Position numbers and translations under genes: made by a program. Positions 38,467 to 48,857 of a stretch of 64,000 nucleotides of DNA are shown in pieces. Positions within the stretch are counted from its first letter, which is position 1. Every line of letters begins with the position of its first letter. Source of the DNA: Oscillospiraceae bacterium. GTDB taxonomy: Bacteria > Bacillota > Clostridia > Oscillospirales > CAG-272. The notes beneath the pieces were generated by a model. The model did not search any database and was not told where the DNA came from. It worked only from the letters and a program-made list of their open reading frames with translations. The stretch covers positions 24,965 through 88,964 of the forward strand of contig SVRN01000004.1 of assembly GCA_015064805.1 (NCBI GenBank). Reading direction: 5' to 3'.

Positions 38467-38981
38467 GTCTGTTCCTCCTTGAGATGTTTTTTGTGATAGG
38501 CACGGATATAGGGTCGCTCCAGATAGCGTTTGAAGCGGACGAAGGCCGTTTTTTTGTCGCGGATGGGCGGGACGATCAGAACGGTCAGCCCCAGCGCCTT
38601 GCCTGCCAGCGCGTCGGTGAGCAGTTGGTCGCCCAGCACCGCTACCTGTGCGCGCTCCAGCCCCCAGCCTCGCATGACCTTTTTAAAAGTCTTGCCAAAG
38701 GGCTTGGCACTGTGCCAATAGGCCTCGCGGCCGAGCGTTTCGTTGAACTCCTCGACGCGCTCGCGGTGATTGTTAGAAATGAGCGCGGTGCGAATGCCCG
38801 CGGCGTCAAGGGACGCAAACCATGCGCGGTGGGTGTCGTCGGGGGTGGGCTGCTCGTAGGGAGCCAGCGTGTTATCTATATCAATGAGCAGCGCGCGCAC
38901 GCCGATGGATGCAAGAAACTCGGGCGTGACGTCGTAATAGTGCTCGAACATATAATCGGGAATGAGATAGCGGGAAAGCAC
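38463..38981 (-). CDS. yqeG: YqeG-family HAD IIIA phosphatase
   Basis: DIDNTL, ISNN, AKP, GDQLLTD. Confidence 0.92.
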   Translation of the reverse strand: MLSRYLIPDYMFEHYYDVTPEFLASIGVRALLIDIDNTLAPYEQPTPDDTHRAWFASLDAAGIRTALISNNHRERVEEFNETLGREAYWHSAKPFGKTFKKVMRGWGLERAQVAVLGDQLLTDALAGKALGLTVLIVPPIRDKKTAFVRFKRYLERPYIRAYHKKHLKEEQT

Positions 38982-39163
38982 GATGCGCCTCCTCTCCTTA
39001 TGGGATCTGCATTTTAATACATCTTATATTGTACCACACAAGGGCGGTCCGCGCAAGAGGATTTTTTTAAAAGTCGTGACAGAAAAGTAAATTTATTTCA
39101 AAAAATCTCTTGACAAGCGGTTAAAATTGTGCTATCATATACGGGCGGTTTAGAGCAATACAC

Positions 39164-39237
<74 letters not shown>

Positions 39238-39242
39238 AGCGT

Positions 39243-39319
39243 GTGCCTTTAGCTCAGTCGGATAGAGCAACTGCCTTCTAAGCAGTAGGTCGGGGGTTCG
39301 AATCCCTCAAGGCACGCCA
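39243..39319 (+). tRNA. tRNA-Arg(TCT)
   Basis: GTGCCTT/AAGGCAC acceptor, CTTCTAA loop, GGTTCGAATCC, CCA. Confidence 0.97.
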
Positions 39320-39327
39320 TTGTTTAC

Positions 39328-39405
39328 GGTGGGTATAGCTAAGTTGGTTATAGCGCCAGGTTGTGGCCCTGGAGGCCGTGGGTTCGAGTCCCATTACTCA
39401 CCCCA
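39328..39405 (+). tRNA. tRNA-His(GTG)
   Basis: G-1, GTGGGTA/TACTCAC acceptor, TTGTGGC loop, GGTTCGAGTCC, CCA. Confidence 0.96.
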
Positions 39406-39447
39406 GAATAAGAAAAGCACGGAGTTTACTCCGTGCTTTTCTTATTC
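39406..39447 (+). terminator. Terminator after the tRNA operon
   Basis: GAATAAGAAAAGCACGGAGT..ACTCCGTGCTTTTCTTATTC inverted repeat. Confidence 0.8.
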
Positions 39448-39461
39448 CGAGCGAGCTAACC

Positions 39462-39610
39462 GATTCAGAACCCCGCCATTTGCTTTGCAAATGGCAAGTT
39501 TGCGTAAAGCTGTACTTTGATTTATGCTAAACTGTGGCGCAAACATGGGTTCTGAGTCCCATTACTCACCCCAGAAAAAACACCCGAGCCATCCGACTCG
39601 GGTGTTTTTT
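39462..39610. repeat. tRNA-linked repeat: duplicated tRNA-His 3' end (39546-39576) with inverted partner and second terminator
   Basis: TGGGTTC(T)GAGTCCCATTACTCACCCCAGAA matches 39379-39408. Confidence 0.85.
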
Positions 39611-40205
39611 ATTTGTTTTCTCCAATACTGCTGCTTCTCAGCTTGTTTCGGATGCGATAGATGGCGTTGTGGATGGATCGGACGTCGCGACCGAGCTGCT
39701 CGGCGATCTGCGCGGCCGTCATGCCGGCGATGTAGCGCTGCCAGATGGCGTTCTCGTAGGGCGAAAGAACGCGGGCGATGCGGCGGCAAAGTGCTTCGTA
39801 GTCTTCCTGCTCGCGCAGGCGCTGTGAGGGGTCCTCTTCGCTTCCCGCGGGGAGAGTGATCATGGTGTCGTAGTCCAACAGCTCGCTTGACGGATGTATT
39901 TTACGCAGGGCTGAGACGAGCGCGTTTTCAATGCAGATCTTCGCGTAAAGACCAAAGCTGACGTCATGCTGCTCGACGTTATAGCCCAGCAGGGCGCGGT
40001 AAAAGGCCAGATGCGCCTCCTGCCGCAGGTCTTTTTCGTCCTCGGGGAGAATGTCGGGGCGGCGGGCGCGTACGGTCTGAAGGCGATGCTCGATCAAAGG
40101 AGTGTACTGTGTCAGGAGAGCGTCAAAGGCGGTTTGGTCGCCGGATTTGGCAAGGGAGAGAAGGGTGATGGTTTCGGGGGTATCGAGGATCTTCTCGTCT
40201 GACAT
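39609..40205 (-). CDS. Sigma-70 family factor, SigH-like
   Basis: GD..AF..L..QY.PLI, DL.QE, SF..YA.ICI.N, LS.YE, IAEQL....SIHNAIYRIR.KL. Confidence 0.88.
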   Translation of the reverse strand: MSDEKILDTPETITLLSLAKSGDQTAFDALLTQYTPLIEHRLQTVRARRPDILPEDEKDLRQEAHLAFYRALLGYNVEQHDVSFGLYAKICIENALVSALRKIHPSSELLDYDTMITLPAGSEEDPSQRLREQEDYEALCRRIARVLSPYENAIWQRYIAGMTAAQIAEQLGRDVRSIHNAIYRIRNKLRSSSIGENK

Positions 40206-40244
40206 GGGGAGCTCCTTTCATTTTATTTTGGTGGGGTTGGATGG

Positions 40245-40620
40245 AGTTTTCAACGACTACTCCTTTTGACGCGCGTACAGCTGCGCGCCGCGCTGTGCGA
40301 TATTTGATGTACTTTCTTTGTCGCTGAACAAAGAAAGTACCAAAGAAAATCAGCCAAGACGTTCCCTCTTGGATCTCCCCTGTCCGTGCCGCTCTTCATA
40401 GAGTAGCAGGAGAAAGACATAAGGACTTATTCTGCATCGCTCGCCACATAGCCACCACGAGCGGCAGATATGGGGAGCAAAATTTGTTAAAGCAAGTCTA
40501 TTTTGATGGAGCGAGAGGGGGAGGGGCCCCCTGAGCTAGCGGTAGCCGATTTCGCCGCAGGCGAAATCTCTATGGAACAGAGCACGTTCTTCCCCCCTAC
40601 AGGGTCAGGAGAAGTTGTTC
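40245..40620. mobile_element. Family-1 element, copy E
   Basis: CTACTCCTTTTGACGCGCGTACAGC left end; pseudoknot 40309-40354; AGGAGAAGTTG right-terminus motif near 40607. Confidence 0.75.
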
Positions 40621-40644
40621 CGGCTGCGCTCCTGCTTTTTCTTG

Positions 40645-40695
40645 TAAAGTTTTTTGAGGGGGCAGGGGAACTTTTTTTCAAAAAAGTTCCCCTCG
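40645..40695. repeat. Family-2 palindrome
   Basis: AGGGGAACTTTTTTTCAAAAAAGTTCCCCT. Confidence 0.75.
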
Positions 40696-40718
40696 TACTT
40701 CTCGTACTCCTCGTTCTC

Positions 40719-41300
40719 TCAACTAAACAAATAATTCACGTTGCCCGACAAGAGAGACCACATACCCTTATAGATCGCCTCGGGGCGAGCGCGGAAGTTT
40801 TCTTCCATTTGATTGGCGCGGATCATGGAGTCAACGCTTACCCGCGTTTCAAACAGCACCTTGCCGTCCTGCTCCACCGAGCAGAAAAATTCAGCCGTGC
40901 CGTCAGGACACTGGGTGACAGTACACCGCGTTTTGATGCCGCGGCGTCGGAAATCCAGATAGCGCAGCGCGCAACGCAGGCTTTCATCCAGAATGGTGGG
41001 CAAAAGCTCGCTATGCAGCTGCTCTGCAACGATACGGCCCTTGGGCGTGACGACGTAGCGCGGCTCGTCTGCGGGAGCGCCACCCTCGGTGCTGTCGTCA
41101 ATGGGCTCGTCTGACATTTCGATGAGCGCGTCGTCGAGCAGCTCGTGGAACGCCTCGGCCATGTCCAGGTACATGACGTAGTCGGTCTGCATGACCATAT
41201 CGTTGAGCGTCGCGAAATCCAGAGGAATGCGGACGTTCTGCATTAAATATAAAAGGAAAATTTTTACGTTGCGTTTGCCGCCAAGAGCACTGCTTGCCAT
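40719..41300 (-). CDS. DUF4364-family protein
   Basis: KIFLLY.M, Y.VT.KG, F...PE.IY pattern. Confidence 0.75.
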   Translation of the reverse strand: MASSALGGKRNVKIFLLYLMQNVRIPLDFATLNDMVMQTDYVMYLDMAEAFHELLDDALIEMSDEPIDDSTEGGAPADEPRYVVTPKGRIVAEQLHSELLPTILDESLRCALRYLDFRRRGIKTRCTVTQCPDGTAEFFCSVEQDGKVLFETRVSVDSMIRANQMEENFRARPEAIYKGMWSLLSGNVNYLFS

Positions 41301-41465
41301 GCGTCGACCTCCTTCTCACCGTTCAAAAAGCGTGCGGTGAACCTTCTTTTATTATCATACCACACTTTTTGGATTTTTTCAAGAAAAATTGTTTACAAGA
41401 GGTAGGAAAATATGATATACTATATCTAATACCTATTATTTCGCATCTCTTGGGAGGAACACCCT

Positions 41466-42683
41466 ATGGCAAACAAAAATCTGACGGTCGCTCTGCTGGG
41501 CTTTGGCGTTGTTGGTAGCGGCACCGCACAGGTCATCACCGAAAATCAGGATCGCATCTGCCGCGCCACCGGCCGCGGCATCGATATTCGTTATATACTC
41601 GATCTGCGTGAATTTCCCGACAGCCCCTTTGCTGATCGCATCGTGCACGACTACAACGTCATCATCAACGACCCCGAGGTCGACGTCGTCGTCGAGATGA
41701 TGGGCGGCTCGCACCCCGCGTACGAGTTTTCCCGCGCCGCGCTTGAGGCAGGCAAGTCTGTCGTCACCTCCAACAAGGAGGTCGTGGCCAACTTCGGTAC
41801 CGAGCTGCTCGCGCTGGCGGCAGAGAAGGGCGTTCGCTATCTGTTTGAGGCGAGCGTCGGCGGCGGCATTCCCGTTCTGCGCCCCCTTGCGCAGGATATG
41901 GCGGCCAACCGCGTCCGTTCCATCAACGGCATTCTTAACGGCACGACCAACTATATCCTGACCCGTATGTTTGCCGACGGCGCTTCCTTTGACGCGGCGC
42001 TTGCCGAGGCGCAGCAAAAGGGCTATGCCGAGCGTGACCCCTCTGCCGACGTCGACGGCCTTGACGCCGCCCGTAAGATCGTGATTCTTGCGGCTATGGC
42101 AACGGGCCTGCGCGTCGATCCCAACGCCATTTCGGTCGAGGGTATTCGCAAGATCACGGCGGCCGACGTTGCGATCGCGACCAAGATGGATTGCGCGATC
42201 AAGCTCATCGGTCATATGAGCTATGCCGATGACAAGCTGGCCGTTTGGGTCGCCCCCTGCTTCGTGCCCCGCCAGAATCCCATTTTCAACATTGACGACG
42301 TCTTCAACGGTGTCCTGATCGATACCGATATGCTGGGTCAGACGCTGTTCTACGGCCGCGGCGCAGGCAAGCTGCCCACGGCGGGCGCGGTCGTCTCCGA
42401 CCTGGTCGATATTGCCAGCCATCCCTTCGACGCCAAAACGGCACCCACCTGGACGGATGCCGAGGCGGCAGACCTTCTGCCCGCAGGCGCGGAAAAGCTG
42501 CCCGTCTGCCTGATCTACGAAGGTGCACCTGACGCCACGTCTGCGGTCGGAGCAGAGCGCGTCGTGACCACGGATACGCATACGGCGCTTCTTTTGCCGG
42601 CCATGACGGCCGACGAGCTTGACGCGCATATTCAGGCCAAGCCTGCACGTCCCGTCGCTTGCTACCGCGTACTGCCGCAGTGA
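41466..42683 (+). CDS. hom: Homoserine dehydrogenase
   Basis: LGFGVVG.G, VVTSNK, FEASVGGGIP, GILNGTTNYIL, GYAE.DPS.DVDG.D..RK, G.GAG..PTA.AV. Confidence 0.96.
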   Translation: MANKNLTVALLGFGVVGSGTAQVITENQDRICRATGRGIDIRYILDLREFPDSPFADRIVHDYNVIINDPEVDVVVEMMGGSHPAYEFSRAALEAGKSVVTSNKEVVANFGTELLALAAEKGVRYLFEASVGGGIPVLRPLAQDMAANRVRSINGILNGTTNYILTRMFADGASFDAALAEAQQKGYAERDPSADVDGLDAARKIVILAAMATGLRVDPNAISVEGIRKITAADVAIATKMDCAIKLIGHMSYADDKLAVWVAPCFVPRQNPIFNIDDVFNGVLIDTDMLGQTLFYGRGAGKLPTAGAVVSDLVDIASHPFDAKTAPTWTDAEAADLLPAGAEKLPVCLIYEGAPDATSAVGAERVVTTDTHTALLLPAMTADELDAHIQAKPARPVACYRVLPQ

Positions 42684-42773
42684 CGCGCGCTTTTGGGTGA
42701 CATATACTGTTAGTAGTTTCTCGACGTTTGACTTTTTTGTTCGTGTGAGTTTGATACTTGCGAGGTTTACTCT

Positions 42774-44039
42774 ATGAAAAAAATCAAGATCCGGGGCGGT
42801 CATGCGCTCAAAGGACAAATAGAAATCAGCGGAATGAAAAACGCGGCGTTGCCCATTTTGTTTGCGACCATCGTCACGGGCGACGTTTGCGTGATCGAAA
42901 ATTTGCCTCCCGTGGGCGATATTGAGGTTACGCTGGAAATTTTGCATATGATGGGCGCCAAGGTAACCCGCCACAGCCCCACGGTGGTCGAGATCGACAC
43001 GCGTGATATCAAGCAGGGAACCTCTCCCGCGGGCATGGTGCGCCGCTTGCGCGGCTCCAACTACCTCATCGGTGCCGAGCTTGCCCGCTTTGGCCGCGCC
43101 AAGGTGGGAACGACGGGCGGCTGTAATTTTGGTGAGCGCCCCATCGACCTGCACGTCAAGGGCTTCACCGCACTGGGCGCAACGGTGACGGACGGTGACG
43201 GCTTTGTTTCCGCGCACGTCAGCGGATGCCTCAAGGGCACTAAGATCGTCATGGATAAGATTTCTGTCGGCGCGACGGCCAACATTCTGATCGCCGCCAC
43301 GACGGCGCAGGGCATGACGATCATCGAAAACGCGGCACACGAGCCGCATATCGTTGACCTGGCCAGTTTTTTGAACAGCTGTGGCGCTCATATTTCGGGC
43401 GCGGGCACGTCAGTCATCAAGGTGCGCGGCGTGGAAAAGCTGCACGGCTGTCACTATACCATCATCCCCGATATGATCGAGGCGGGCACCTATATGGTAG
43501 CCGCCGCCGCTACGCACGGAGAGTTGGTTTTGAACAACGTCATCTCGCGTCACCTGGATGCCGTCAGCGCCAAGATGCGCGAGATGGGCATCATCGTGAT
43601 TGACGAGGGTGATTGCATCACGGTCAGAACGACGGGATCGTTCAACAGCGCCAAAATTCAGGCGGTGCCCTATCCCGGCTTCGCAACGGATATGCAGCCT
43701 CAGATCACGGCGCTGCTGTCGCTCGCGAGCGGTATCAGCACGGTGACGGAAAACGTGTTCAAAAAGCGTTTCCAGTACGTAGAAGAGCTGCAACGCATGG
43801 GCGCGGCCATCAGCGTGGACGATCAAGGCTCGACGGCGACCGTTCTGGGCGTTCATAAGCTGCACGGCGCGACCGTGACGGCGCTGGACCTGCGGGCGGG
43901 TGCGGCTATGGTGATTGCGGGACTCGCCGCTGAGGGCGAGACCTGTGTTCTCGACGTGGAGACCATCGAGCGCGGCTACTACGATATCGTTGGCAAATTG
44001 CGTTCCGTCGGCGCGGATATTGAGCTGGTGGAAGAATAA
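42774..44039 (+). CDS. murA: UDP-N-acetylglucosamine 1-carboxyvinyltransferase
   Basis: SG.KNAALP, GGC.FG.RPIDLH, SVGAT, ENAA.EP.I.D, YPGFATDMQ, DLRAGAA. Confidence 0.96.
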   Translation: MKKIKIRGGHALKGQIEISGMKNAALPILFATIVTGDVCVIENLPPVGDIEVTLEILHMMGAKVTRHSPTVVEIDTRDIKQGTSPAGMVRRLRGSNYLIGAELARFGRAKVGTTGGCNFGERPIDLHVKGFTALGATVTDGDGFVSAHVSGCLKGTKIVMDKISVGATANILIAATTAQGMTIIENAAHEPHIVDLASFLNSCGAHISGAGTSVIKVRGVEKLHGCHYTIIPDMIEAGTYMVAAAATHGELVLNNVISRHLDAVSAKMREMGIIVIDEGDCITVRTTGSFNSAKIQAVPYPGFATDMQPQITALLSLASGISTVTENVFKKRFQYVEELQRMGAAISVDDQGSTATVLGVHKLHGATVTALDLRAGAAMVIAGLAAEGETCVLDVETIERGYYDIVGKLRSVGADIELVEE

Positions 44040-44043
44040 AATC

Positions 44044-44085
44044 AAAATTCCCACGAACCGAAAGGGTTGGTTCGTGGGAATTTTT
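44044..44085. terminator. Bidirectional terminator
   Basis: AAAATTCCCACGAACC..GGTTCGTGGGAATTTT. Confidence 0.8.
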
Positions 44086-44097
44086 ATATTTGCGAGA

Positions 44098-45222
44098 TTA
44101 TTCTGCCGGCTTGGCAAGATCGCTCTTGGTCAGGGTTCCGTCGGAGCAGACCACGGAGTAGTCTGCCGTTCCGCTGTCCCAATCGTCGCCAAAGGTGATG
44201 CTTTGCCATTGTTCCATCGTGCCGCCGAAGCGAATCGAGGTCAGGGCGCTACAGCCGGAAAAGGCCAGCATATCAATTTCCTCGATGGTGGCGGGTAGGG
44301 TGATCTCCCAAAGGGACGAGCAATCCAGGAACGCTCTGTCGTCGATGACCTTGAGGGTATCGGGCAGAACGAGACGCTCCAGGGAAGTGCATTGCCCAAA
44401 GGCAGTCTGGCCGATGAGCCATACGCCGTCGCCGAAATCTACGGTTTTTAAGCTCGTGCAACCGTAAAACGTCGAGACACCGACGTCAGACACGGGGTCG
44501 GGAAGGGTGATGCTCTCAAGTGCGGTGCATTCAAAGAATGCGCCGTGGTCGAGCATCTCCACGTCCTTTCCGAGCGCCACCTCCGAAAGGGCAGTGCAAA
44601 AGGCAAACGCATTGTTGCTGATACGGTAGACGCCGTCGGGAATGATAATGCTCTTCAGCGCAGTACAGCCCAAGAAGGCGCTGTCGCCGACGTATATGCC
44701 CATTTGGTTGTTCGACACGTCATATACGACGCCCTCGGGAAAGGTCACTTGCTCAAGAGCAGTACAGCCCTGGAAGGAGGCGGCACCGACCGTCTCGATG
44801 CCCTTACCGAGCGTCACGCTCGTAAGAGAGGTGCATTCGTGAAAGGACCAGTTACCGATTTCGGTGACGCTGTCAGGAATGACGATGCCTTCCAAAGAGG
44901 TGCATTCCTCAAACGCCCCTTCTCCAATATACGTTAAGGTGTCGGGAAGATCGATCTCGGGCAGATTTTTACAGCCTGCAAATGCATGGGAAGCAATGCC
45001 GATAACCGTATGACCGAGTATTGTACGAGAGATATGAATCCGGTTGATGTTTTTGTCGGAGACGCTTGCGAGCTCACAGGCTTTTTCCGAAACGTCCGAA
45101 TCTTCAACGAGAAGATACGTTATTTGACCGTGGTTGACGGGGAAACTGCACGATGAGAGGAAAATCGCACAAAAAACCGATAAAAGGCAAGCAAGGCTCA
45201 GAATTCTGATACTCTTTTTCAT
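44098..45222 (-). CDS. BspA-like LRR_5 surface lipoprotein
   Basis: LSSC lipobox; repeated I.IPDSVT.IG..AF..CT.L. Confidence 0.93.
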   Translation of the reverse strand: MKKSIRILSLACLLSVFCAIFLSSCSFPVNHGQITYLLVEDSDVSEKACELASVSDKNINRIHISRTILGHTVIGIASHAFAGCKNLPEIDLPDTLTYIGEGAFEECTSLEGIVIPDSVTEIGNWSFHECTSLTSVTLGKGIETVGAASFQGCTALEQVTFPEGVVYDVSNNQMGIYVGDSAFLGCTALKSIIIPDGVYRISNNAFAFCTALSEVALGKDVEMLDHGAFFECTALESITLPDPVSDVGVSTFYGCTSLKTVDFGDGVWLIGQTAFGQCTSLERLVLPDTLKVIDDRAFLDCSSLWEITLPATIEEIDMLAFSGCSALTSIRFGGTMEQWQSITFGDDWDSGTADYSVVCSDGTLTKSDLAKPAE

Positions 45223-45242
45223 AATGATCCCCCTGTCATCGA

Positions 45243-46409
45243 TTATCGGATGCGGATCAGCGAGGAAACGCCCTCGTGCAAAGCTTCAATCAGCTTGTCA
45301 ACGTCCTCTTCGGTATTGTCCGGACATAAGCTGACGCGCAGAGAGCAGTCTGCCTCGCGCTCGGTCGCGCCGAAGGCGAGCAGGGCAGAGCTGATATGGC
45401 GCGAGCGGGTGGAGCAGGCCGAGCCTGCCGACACGCAAATGCCGCGTGCGTCAAGAAAATGAAGCATGACCTCGCTTTTGATGTTGGGCAGTGTCAGATT
45501 GAGAATGTGAGGCGCGTATGCTCCTGTGGGCTGCTTGACTTCAATATCGAAGGCATGCAGGCCCTTGACCAGACGCTCGTGCAAATACTCAAAGTGAGCA
45601 ATATAATCGTCCATCTTGGGATAAAGCGCGTCGACAGCCGCACCGAAGGCGGCAATGCCGGGGATGTTTTCCGTTCCCGAACGCAGCCCGTTCTCCTGGC
45701 CGCCGCCGTGCAGCCAAGGAACGATCTGCTTGGCCTTGAGCAGCGTGGGATTGATGTACAGCGCACCGACGCCCTTGGGACCGTGGACCTTATGGGCGCT
45801 GATCGTAACGAGATCGGCACCGATCGACGCGGGGGTGAAGCGGCGGCACTTGAGATAGCCCTGCACTGCGTCGGTGTGGGTGATGACCTGAGGCGAGCGG
45901 ACCCGCGCCAGGGAAAATGCAGTTTTGAGATCGTACAGCGCGCCGGTTTCGTTGTTGACCAACATCATGCTGATCATGAAAACGCGGTCGTTGAGGGCGG
46001 CGTCCAGCTGTGCCATATCAAGCGCGCCGCCTCGCGTTGAGATGCGAACGACCTCAAAGCCCTCACGCTCCAGCTCGCGCATGACGTTCTCGACGGCGGG
46101 ATGCTCCGAGTCGGTCGTGACGATACGGTTGGCCGTGCGGCGAGCCTTGGCGTGTGCCGTGCCGAAGAGAGCCAGCGTATTGGCCTCGCTTCCGCAGGAG
46201 GTGAAAACGATCTCACCGGGGGTCAATCGACGCAGACCCAATGAGCGGGCGATGGCCTCGCGCGCCTCGGTCAACATGGCTGCCGACTTGCGTCCGAGCT
46301 GATGATATGATGAGGGATTGCCGTAGCAGTCGATCGCCTCCAGCATTTTTTGGCGCGCCTCGGGCAAAAGAGCGGTGGTCGCGCTGTTGTCAAAATAAAT
46401 GGGTTGCAT
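45243..46409 (-). CDS. Cysteine desulfurase (NifS/IscS family)
   Basis: YFDNSATT, GNPSS, VNNETG, HTDAVQ, SAHK.HGPKG, RSGTEN, SAGSACS. Confidence 0.95.
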   Translation of the reverse strand: MQPIYFDNSATTALLPEARQKMLEAIDCYGNPSSYHQLGRKSAAMLTEAREAIARSLGLRRLTPGEIVFTSCGSEANTLALFGTAHAKARRTANRIVTTDSEHPAVENVMRELEREGFEVVRISTRGGALDMAQLDAALNDRVFMISMMLVNNETGALYDLKTAFSLARVRSPQVITHTDAVQGYLKCRRFTPASIGADLVTISAHKVHGPKGVGALYINPTLLKAKQIVPWLHGGGQENGLRSGTENIPGIAAFGAAVDALYPKMDDYIAHFEYLHERLVKGLHAFDIEVKQPTGAYAPHILNLTLPNIKSEVMLHFLDARGICVSAGSACSTRSRHISSALLAFGATEREADCSLRVSLCPDNTEEDVDKLIEALHEGVSSLIRIR

Positions 46410-46412
46410 GTG

Positions 46413-47462
46413 TCAGTTTCCTCTGAAATCAAAAGCCGCGAGAATGTCCGAGTAGGCATCTCGGTGGGCTTCGTAATTGTCGATCGACGCGGTATAGGTG
46501 ATGGTATAGATCATACCGCGATAGGAGGTGATGGTCTGGGCGAAACGGAAGAGATGCCCCTCGATGTTGGCGGTGTACTCGTAGGTCTTTGCCTTGCAGC
46601 CGTCGACGGTCGTTTCGCTGTCATTGATCAGGCCTGCGATGCTCATGCCCTTCTTCAGCTCCTCAAGACAAGTTGCCCAGTAATCGTCGACAGATTCAAT
46701 ATGATCCACCTCGGGCATATAGACGGTCACGTTAACGTTCGAGCGATCCGTCTCGGACACGTAGGCCGACGAGGTGGGCAGGTTTTTGTCCAATACCCAA
46801 CTATCGGGCACGTAGAAACGATAAGCCACGTCGTTATTGGAGGCCAGCTGCATGCCCTCGGGCGCCTCGGCGTTGGGATCGACCGTGTTGATGGGATCCT
46901 TAGGTTCAAAGGGGACGTCACTGAATTTGAAATTCTCCTTGACGGTATTCAGCACGTCCAGATAGCCTTCGTAAAGATCCGTACGGGCGCAATAGGACAG
47001 AACGTAAATGCGGCCGTTTCTTGCGCACAGCGTTTCGATGCCCTTATAGGTTACAAGGTCGCGCGTTCCCTCGTAGGAGGAGGCAATGGCGTCAAGCCCG
47101 CCGAGCGTGGTGTCAATGGGGGCAGAGTATTGAATACCGTCGCTCTCGGGGAAAACGTTGGCAAGCCTTTGCGTGTACTCGGCTTCCCAATAGTCCTTGA
47201 CCGGCAGTCCCGCGGGATTGTCGTACACCTTGACGTAAATGGTAGCCTTGTTTTGCATTGAGGCGTAGCCGCCCGATACGCCCGTGTCGGTCAGCAAATT
47301 CCAGTCAATGGGCAAAAAGAGGCGATAATCGCTGCCTGCGATGGTCGCGTATTGCATATTTTCGGGGATCTCGTCGCCGCCGGGTTTACAGCCGTAGAGC
47401 GCCACGCTCATAAGCAAGAGCGCCAGCATCAGCGCGACAAGACGTGTTACTTTCAGTTTCAT
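46413..47462 (-). CDS. Lipoprotein with tandem PsbP/DcrB-like domains
   Basis: LYGC lipobox; two repeats of YR.F.P..W ... Y..TY.A. Confidence 0.75.
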   Translation of the reverse strand: MKLKVTRLVALMLALLLMSVALYGCKPGGDEIPENMQYATIAGSDYRLFLPIDWNLLTDTGVSGGYASMQNKATIYVKVYDNPAGLPVKDYWEAEYTQRLANVFPESDGIQYSAPIDTTLGGLDAIASSYEGTRDLVTYKGIETLCARNGRIYVLSYCARTDLYEGYLDVLNTVKENFKFSDVPFEPKDPINTVDPNAEAPEGMQLASNNDVAYRFYVPDSWVLDKNLPTSSAYVSETDRSNVNVTVYMPEVDHIESVDDYWATCLEELKKGMSIAGLINDSETTVDGCKAKTYEYTANIEGHLFRFAQTITSYRGMIYTITYTASIDNYEAHRDAYSDILAAFDFRGN

Positions 47463-47562
47463 GGAGTTTCATTCCTTCCATTTTGATCATTCTGCTATCA
47501 GCATAGCATAAAGACATGGCTAAACAAAGGAAAAAGCGTAAATTTTTCGTGTCTTTTGTTGT

Positions 47563-48822
47563 TTACGCTTTGTTTTGCAGCATGCGGTCTGCAGCGGCGA
47601 GAATGCCGATCTTGGCGCTCTCGTAGGTCAAACCGCCCTGGAAATAGGCGATGTAAGGGGGGCGGAGCGGACCGTCGGCGCTCATCTCAATGGACGAGCC
47701 CTGAGTGAACGCGCCTGCCGCCATGATGACCTCGCTGGTATATCCGGGCATAGCCCAGGGCTCGGGCGTGACGAACGAATCGACGGGCGAGCCTGCCTGA
47801 ATGCCGCGGCAAAAGGCGCAAAGTCCCTCGGGCGAGCCCGTGATGACGGTCTGGATGATATCCGAGCGAACCTCATCCCAACGGGGGGCGACGCGACAGC
47901 CCAGCGCCTCGAAAAGGTACGCGACCAGATGGGCGCTCTTGAGCGCCTGCGCGACGGTGTGGGGGGCGTAGAACAAGCCCTTATACATCATCTTATTCTG
48001 TCCCAGTGTAGCACCGACCTCGGTGCCACAGCCAACGGAGGTCAGACGGTAAGAAGCCAGCTCGACCGCGCGGCGCGTGCCAGCAATGTAGCCGCCCGTT
48101 TCGGCCATACCGCCGCCGGGATTTTTGATGAGCGAGCCGATAATCATATCGGCGCCGACGGCCGTGGGCTCGCGATCCTCGACGAACTCGCCGTAGCAGT
48201 TGTCGACGACGACGTAGGACTCGGGCGAGATGCCCTTGACGAATTTGACCAGCTCGCCGATCTCGTCGACGGTCAGCGTGCGGCGGTCAAGATAGCCCTT
48301 GGAGCGCTGAACGAACACCATTTTGACGCGGCCTGCGTTTTCCTCAAGAGCGGCACGGATGGCGGGGAAGTCGAATTGGCCCTCGCTCGTCAGATCGATC
48401 TGGGCGTAGTCTACGCCAAAATCGCGCAACGAACCGTCGCCGGGAGTGCCGACGATGCCGATGACCTCCTCAAGCGTGTCGTAGGGCTTGCCTGCGACGG
48501 ACAGCATGAGGTCGCCCGGGCGGAGCAGGCCGAACAATCCGATGGTCAGCGCCTGCGTGCCGCTGACGATCTGCTGGCGGACGAAGGCGGCCTCGGCGCC
48601 AAACACGTTGGCCCAGATCTGGTCGAGCGTGTCACGGCCGCGATCGTCGTAGCCGTAGCCCGAGGTGGAGCCGAACATGGTGTCGGACACGCGGAATTCG
48701 CGGAAGGCGTCCATGACGCGCTGGGTATTTTCAAAGGAGATGCGATCAATGCGCTCAAAGTGGGGAGCGAGGTCTTTTTCCGCCTTGGCGGCGAGCTGTA
48801 GGATTTCGTTGGAATATTGCAT
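47563..48822 (-). CDS. Methionine gamma-lyase family (YnbB/aluminium-resistance) PLP enzyme
   Basis: GYGYDD.GRD, SGT.A, PYDTLEE, VDNCYGEF.E, GSLIKNPGGG, MAAG.F.QG.SIE.SADGP. Confidence 0.93.
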   Translation of the reverse strand: MQYSNEILQLAAKAEKDLAPHFERIDRISFENTQRVMDAFREFRVSDTMFGSTSGYGYDDRGRDTLDQIWANVFGAEAAFVRQQIVSGTQALTIGLFGLLRPGDLMLSVAGKPYDTLEEVIGIVGTPGDGSLRDFGVDYAQIDLTSEGQFDFPAIRAALEENAGRVKMVFVQRSKGYLDRRTLTVDEIGELVKFVKGISPESYVVVDNCYGEFVEDREPTAVGADMIIGSLIKNPGGGMAETGGYIAGTRRAVELASYRLTSVGCGTEVGATLGQNKMMYKGLFYAPHTVAQALKSAHLVAYLFEALGCRVAPRWDEVRSDIIQTVITGSPEGLCAFCRGIQAGSPVDSFVTPEPWAMPGYTSEVIMAAGAFTQGSSIEMSADGPLRPPYIAYFQGGLTYESAKIGILAAADRMLQNKA

Positions 48823-48857
48823 GGTGTATCCTTTCGGGGGAGTTTTTATGATTTATC

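Noticed and set aside
39406-40205. Prophage or genomic island at the tRNA cluster
   Set aside because: Only ~140 bp separate the duplicated tRNA ends; no integrase or cargo.
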